Part shown: positions 60,222-64,000 of the stretch, piece after piece
Layout of the letters: every line of letters begins with the position of its first letter
Position numbering within the stretch: the stretch's first letter is position 1
DNA from: an uncultured Chthonomonadaceae bacterium
GTDB lineage: Bacteria > Armatimonadota > Chthonomonadetes > Chthonomonadales > Chthonomonadaceae
Reading direction: 5' to 3'
Assembly (NCBI GenBank): GCA_963835065.1
Contig: CAWIEK010000063.1
Location: 1 to 64,000, forward strand
Length of the DNA stretch: 64,000 nucleotides
Notes under the pieces: generated by a model
What the model saw: the letters and a program-made list of their open reading frames with translations, nothing else
What the model was told of the DNA's origin: nothing
The model's database searches: none
Translations under genes and position numbers: made by a program

Positions 60222-60440
60222 ATGAAAGGGCATATCGAATCCGACAATTTGCCTGTGGTAAGTCAAACATGTTTCAGTTGCCGCCACTGGCAACCAGGCA
60301 ATAGGACATGTGCCGCTTTCCCGGAAGGTATTCCTCTGCCAATTTGGATGGGTGAAAACAATCACCGACAGCCTTATGCCGGCGATCATGGCATACGCTA
60401 TGAATCAGTACAACAGCCCGTTTTAGCCAAAGCCTCTTGA
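60222..60440 (+). CDS. small Cys/His-motif protein, copy 2 (72 aa), located between CRISPR repeats
   Basis: CFSCRH..CAAFPEGIP.PIW.G.NNH.QPYAGDHGI.YE; AAGGAGG RBS; TACAAT 60184. Confidence 0.85.
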   Translation: MKGHIESDNLPVVSQTCFSCRHWQPGNRTCAAFPEGIPLPIWMGENNHRQPYAGDHGIRYESVQQPVLAKAS

Positions 60441-60460
60441 CACGAGTACGCGAAGCGCGA

Positions 60461-60568
60461 GTTCGATCCGAGCGCTTCCCCTCACGGGGATTGAAACTCT
60501 GCGTTTCCTCTCTGTCGAATAGATTTATAGAAGTTGCAACGCCCGTTTGCCCCTCACGGGAATTGACT
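60461..60568 (+). CRISPR. one-spacer mini-array: divergent repeat, 35-nt spacer, degenerate array-1 repeat
   Basis: GTTCGATCCGAGCGCTTCCCCTCACGGGGATTGAAAC (60461-60497); GTTGCAACGCCCGTTTGCCCCTCACGGGAATTGACT (60533-60568). Confidence 0.85.
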
Positions 60569-60593
60569 GAGATTATCCATAGAAACGCAAAAA

Positions 60594-60624
60594 CACCCTC
60601 CTACGGGTTTTTCGTAAGAGGGTG
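60594..60624. terminator. hairpin after the mini-array, between convergent transcripts
   Basis: CACCCTCCTACG-GGTTTTT-CGTAAGAGGGTG. Confidence 0.55.
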
Positions 60625-60676
60625 ATGTTAGAAGGGAAAGGCAGCGACAAACATTCAGGAAAATGGACGGCTATAT

Positions 60677-60994
60677 TCAGCAACCGGAGAGCGTGACGGG
60701 TGAGGACGCGACTACTTCAACGGGGTTGTTGGCGCTGATGGGAGTGAACTCCAGCAGAACAATTGCGATGCCGTTGCCAAGACGCTGTTCAATCACAATG
60801 TCTGCTTCCTCGCCGTTCCGGGCATCGCGGCAGAGCCTTTGCAGTAGTTCCGCATCCGTCACTTGCGCCATTTGTGAAAACAATTTGCGCTTGCCGTCCG
60901 GGCGCGTCACGATTTTGGAGTAGGCGAGCATCGGCGGTTCATCTTGCGTTAAGCCATGAATTTTAACGCGCATCTTTACGGTTGTCTCGATCAT
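60677..60994 (-). CDS. hypothetical protein (105 aa)
   Basis: GGAGGA RBS before ATG 60994; overlaps the end of the upstream gene. Confidence 0.6.
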   Translation of the reverse strand: MIETTVKMRVKIHGLTQDEPPMLAYSKIVTRPDGKRKLFSQMAQVTDAELLQRLCRDARNGEEADIVIEQRLGNGIAIVLLEFTPISANNPVEVVASSPVTLSGC

Positions 60995-61320
60995 TGTCTC
61001 TCCTCCGGCCACGCTGCAAAACCGGCAGACGTTCCAGCACGGGCGGCAACCTTTCCAAATCCTCTCCACTTCCGCCTGTCGGAATGTATTCCATGCGGAA
61101 CAGGTCAAAGACGCCTTCTTGATTGTACCGTCTTCCAAGCAAAATCACTTTGCGCATAACTGCGATCAGGAAAAACGCTCACCGAATACAGGCGCTGCCC
61201 TGCCTGATCGCCAAAGTACAAACTAAAGGTTGCGCCGCCGTTTGCCTCATGCAATTGCAAGATCGTTTCGGATGCTTGTTCAACGTCCTGTCTTGCAGGC
61301 AACTCCGTATCAGAGCGCAT
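60963..61320 (-). pseudogene. hypothetical gene with frameshift or internal deletion near 61155
   Basis: NGGATFSLYFGDQAGQRLYSVSVFPDRS in one frame; LLGRRYNQEGVFDL..MEYIPTGGSG in another. Confidence 0.5.
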
Positions 61321-61384
61321 TAAGTACGATTTGAGAGTGTTTGCCACACGAATAGAATTCATCAACAGAACGGAATTGTCCTGC

Positions 61385-61639
61385 ATGATCAAGACGATAC
61401 AATGTGCTTTTTGCATCCACTACGAACCGGACAGAAAGCCACAGAGCGGCGAACAGAGGTCGCTTGCGCGTGGGTGTTGCGCGGCCTTTCCTGATGGCAT
61501 CCCGGAGGCAATGGTGGAGGGGCGGCATGACCACCGCCTGCCGTATCCGGGTGATCATGGAGTTCGATTAGAATTAATGCCGGGACTTACGCCAGCATTA
61601 TTGGGCGATTTGCCGGAGCCAATGCGGAAAGCCTCTTGA
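61385..61639 (+). CDS. small Cys/His-motif protein, copy 3 (84 aa)
   Basis: CAFCIH..CCAAFPDGIP.AM..GRHDH.LPYPGDHGV; TTGAGA-16-TAGAAT upstream. Confidence 0.8.
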   Translation: MIKTIQCAFCIHYEPDRKPQSGEQRSLARGCCAAFPDGIPEAMVEGRHDHRLPYPGDHGVRLELMPGLTPALLGDLPEPMRKAS

Positions 61640-61706
61640 CAGGCGCGGTAAACCAGCCCCTTTAACCGGATGATTCACATAAAATCTAAATTTGCAATGC
61701 AGCGTG

Positions 61707-61735
61707 TTGACAAATCGGCAAAAACGTTGTAGAAT
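61707..61735 (+). promoter_or_regulatory. near-consensus sigma70 promoter upstream of the array 2 leader
   Basis: TTGACA-17-TAGAAT. Confidence 0.7.
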
Positions 61736-62036
61736 TGTGGGAATGGTTGATGGGGTTGGAGATGCGCGGCAACCCTGCACAACATAACTGGCAAGGAAAT
61801 GACATCAATCACATTGTCAGCGAACCGCTCTTGCGCGTTGTTACCTTTGTTTGCGCAGGATAGGCAGCAGGCAAACAGACAACCCCGAACCTCGCAACAG
61901 GCTCAAAATGGCCGTCATTCGGGGTTTGGCTTACTCTCGAAAAAGAGGAAACTATGGCAAAAAAGTGTAATTTTGTGGGTGTTGCTGCCGTTTGTGGAAT
62001 CATTCGGGGTTTCCTATCTCAAACATGAGATAGAGG

Positions 62037-63368
62037 GTTCAAATGAAGGGCTTCCCCTCACGGGGATTGAAACGTTATCGGCACGCTGACCTCATATTGC
62101 CCAGAGCGCTGGTTCAAATGAAGGGCTTCCCCTCACGGGGATTGAAACGTCGTTAGCTGCGATGAATTGCTCAGTTTCTTGCTAGTTCAAATGAAGGGCT
62201 TCCCCTCACGGGGATTGAAACGGGCATGTACCATGAAATTCATTCCTAACCTCTCGTATGTTCAAATGAAGGGCTTCCCCTCACGGGGATTGAAACGTGA
62301 CTCCGATCGTCCAGCATACGGTGCCTCGTACTGCCGTGTTCAAATGAAGGGCTTCCCCTCACGGGGATTGAAACGCGATGGCCGTCCTCGTCACAGTTGC
62401 GATGATCCGGCACGCGTTCAAATGAAGGGCTTCCCCTCACGGGGATTGAAACGTTCCGCATGCGGCCAGCGAGGCTCTGTACCTGCTGCTATGTTCAAAT
62501 GAAGGGCTTCCCCTCACGGGGATTGAAACGGCAGACGCTTCCAGCGAATCAGATGCTTCGCATGCGGTTCAAATGAAGGGCTTCCCCTCACGGGGATTGA
62601 AACGCCCGTACGCATGCAGTATCGACGATCGTGCAAGCTTAGCCTGTTCAAATGAAGGGCTTCCCCTCACGGGGATTGAAACGCATGCGATGCAGGTGAT
62701 CGCATGTGCTATCGCTGTCGGGGTTCAAATGAAGGGCTTCCCCTCACGGGGATTGAAACGACCATGATCTAGAGACATTGAGCGTAGCTACCTTGACCTG
62801 TTCAAATGAAGGGCTTCCCCTCACGGGGATTGAAACGTCTGATCGGCATATAGCCGTTTATGAGCCTGCCGCCGTTCAAATGAAGGGCTTCCCCTCACGG
62901 GGATTGAAACGGTCAGCTCCGCCAACTTGACGTATTGCGAAGCTGCGCGGTTCAAATGAAGGGCTTCCCCTCACGGGGATTGAAACGACAAGACTTCCGA
63001 TGAATGTCGTTCACGAGCTTCATACGTTCAAATGAAGGGCTTCCCCTCACGGGGATTGAAACAGTGACATGCGATGCACGAAGCGTGTCATGCTAGATCG
63101 GCTCGTTCAAATGAAGGGCTTCCCCTCACGGGGATTGAAACGCGCCCGTCAGCGAGCAATCCCATGGCCCTTGGTCCGTTCAAATGAAGGGCTTCCCCTC
63201 ACGGGGATTGAAACGTCAAGTGGCTGCCACACCATTCGCAGTAGCGCTCCACGTTCAAATGAAGGGCTTCCCCTCACGGGGATTGAAACGACTTCACGAC
63301 CTGTCCTGACGTTCAGCCAGCTGGACGCGACGTTCAAATGAAGGGCTTCCCCTCACGGGGATTTGAGT
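62037..63368 (+). CRISPR. CRISPR array 2, 18 repeats, GTTCAAATGAAGGGCTTCCCCTCACGGGGATTGAAAC (37 nt), last repeat degenerate
   Basis: 17 identical repeats plus a degenerate terminal one; 17 spacers of 36-42 nt. Confidence 0.98.
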
Positions 63369-63452
63369 TGAGGGTGATTGCCGCCGGGTGTGAAGGCGCG
63401 GCTTTTGTTCGTGGAACCATCGTGCTGTTGTTGCTTCGGATGGAGAACGCCC

Positions 63453-64000
63453 GTGCTGTTTGGGGAACTGACGCCACTTCAACGCCTGAGCCTGCTGCCC
63501 TGGCTGCCTGCGCCTGATTTTGCGCCGCTTGCCCCGGAAGAAGCGGACGTTTTGCGGCAGGCGCGGGACCTTGCCGGGGATTTCGGACGCTTTGCCCGTT
63601 GCGCTGCAAACCCCGTTTGCCGGGCTGCGCGTTCCCGCCATAGGGGATATGCCCGGATGCCTGCCGCCGCCCGTCACCTACTGGCCGCTTTCTCCTGCCG
63701 ATCCGCCCGATGTTCGCCCGCCCGATATTGCCGCTTGCCTGCGCGATTGGCAGGCCGACGTGAACGGGCTGAACCTGCTTCCCGCCGTTTCTTTTTCGCG
63801 CCGCTACGCCGCTCTGATGGGACTGGCGCAATCCCATGCGGCCTGTCTTGGCCTGCCCGGTCAGCCCGACATTCCCCTGCTGCAAAGCCGCCGTTTGTGG
63901 AGCGCCCTTGCCGCCTGCCTGTGGACGCTGCGGCAAACACCCGGCGACGGGGAGGAACTCGCCCTGCTTGTGGCCGATCTGTCCGGCATCCAGTCGTACC
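63453..64000 (+). CDS. cas10: Cas10/Csm1-like protein, 5' part (runs off window); degenerate HD region; probable +1 G frameshift at 63576-63580
   Basis: manual translation ends QPDIPLLQSRRLWSALAACLW...ELALLVADLSGIQSY, matching the Csm1 pattern PD.SL..H...TAA.A.CL...LLV.GDLSGIQ.FI; GGAGA RBS before GTG 63453. Confidence 0.78.
   Translation, partial: MLFGELTPLQRLSLLPWLPAPDFAPLAPEEADVLRQARDLAGDFGRFARCAANPVCRAARSRHRGYARMPAAARHLLAAFSCRSARCSPARYCRLPARLAGRRERAEPASRRFFFAPLRRSDGTGAIPCGLSWPARSARHSPAAKPPFVERPCRLPVDAAANTRRRGGTRPACGRSVRHPVV

Noticed and set aside
58960..63331. Self-targeting spacers
   Set aside because: No convincing match within the window by eye; spacer sequences may be unreliable and need a computed search.
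58982..63341. ORFs made of CNARLPLTGIET / VQMKGFPSRGLKR / SNEGLPLTGIET units
   Set aside because: Translations of CRISPR repeats, not proteins.
63334..63940. Minus-strand ORFs at the window end
   Set aside because: Shadow of the plus-strand cas10 frame, which has recognisable motifs.

Overview
GC-rich bacterial chromosome segment. Gene content (DUF1559 prepilin-like proteins, PSCyt/DUF1501 pair, Gly-rich pilus proteins) suggests Armatimonadota or a similar lineage; this is inference. Scattered single-base frameshifts and ragged CRISPR repeats suggest an imperfect long-read consensus. In order: prepilin-like gene plus lipoprotein; FAD oxidoreductase; NTase, ABC exporter, Eis-type GNAT, DUF1854; a pilM-N-O-P-(STN)-Q type IV pilus operon (minus strand); a spore-photoproduct-lyase-family radical SAM gene that begins with a free-standing 39-aa intein C-fragment (candidate natural split intein); fused 2-oxoacid dehydrogenase E1; a decayed AAA-ATPase/DUF4276 pair; tRNA-Lys(CTT) with an ~18-kb island bounded by a 49-bp duplication and two dead tyrosine integrases; a sigma70 factor; a helicase-associated/WYL protein; and the start of a type III CRISPR-Cas locus (cas6, two arrays with different repeats, a cas10 with degenerate HD domain). 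Three paralogous small CxxCxH...CxAFPxGIP...GDHG genes are interspersed in this locus, one of them as a 301-bp insert exactly between two CRISPR repeats. The split-intein candidate and the CRISPR-embedded gene cassettes are the most notable observations.
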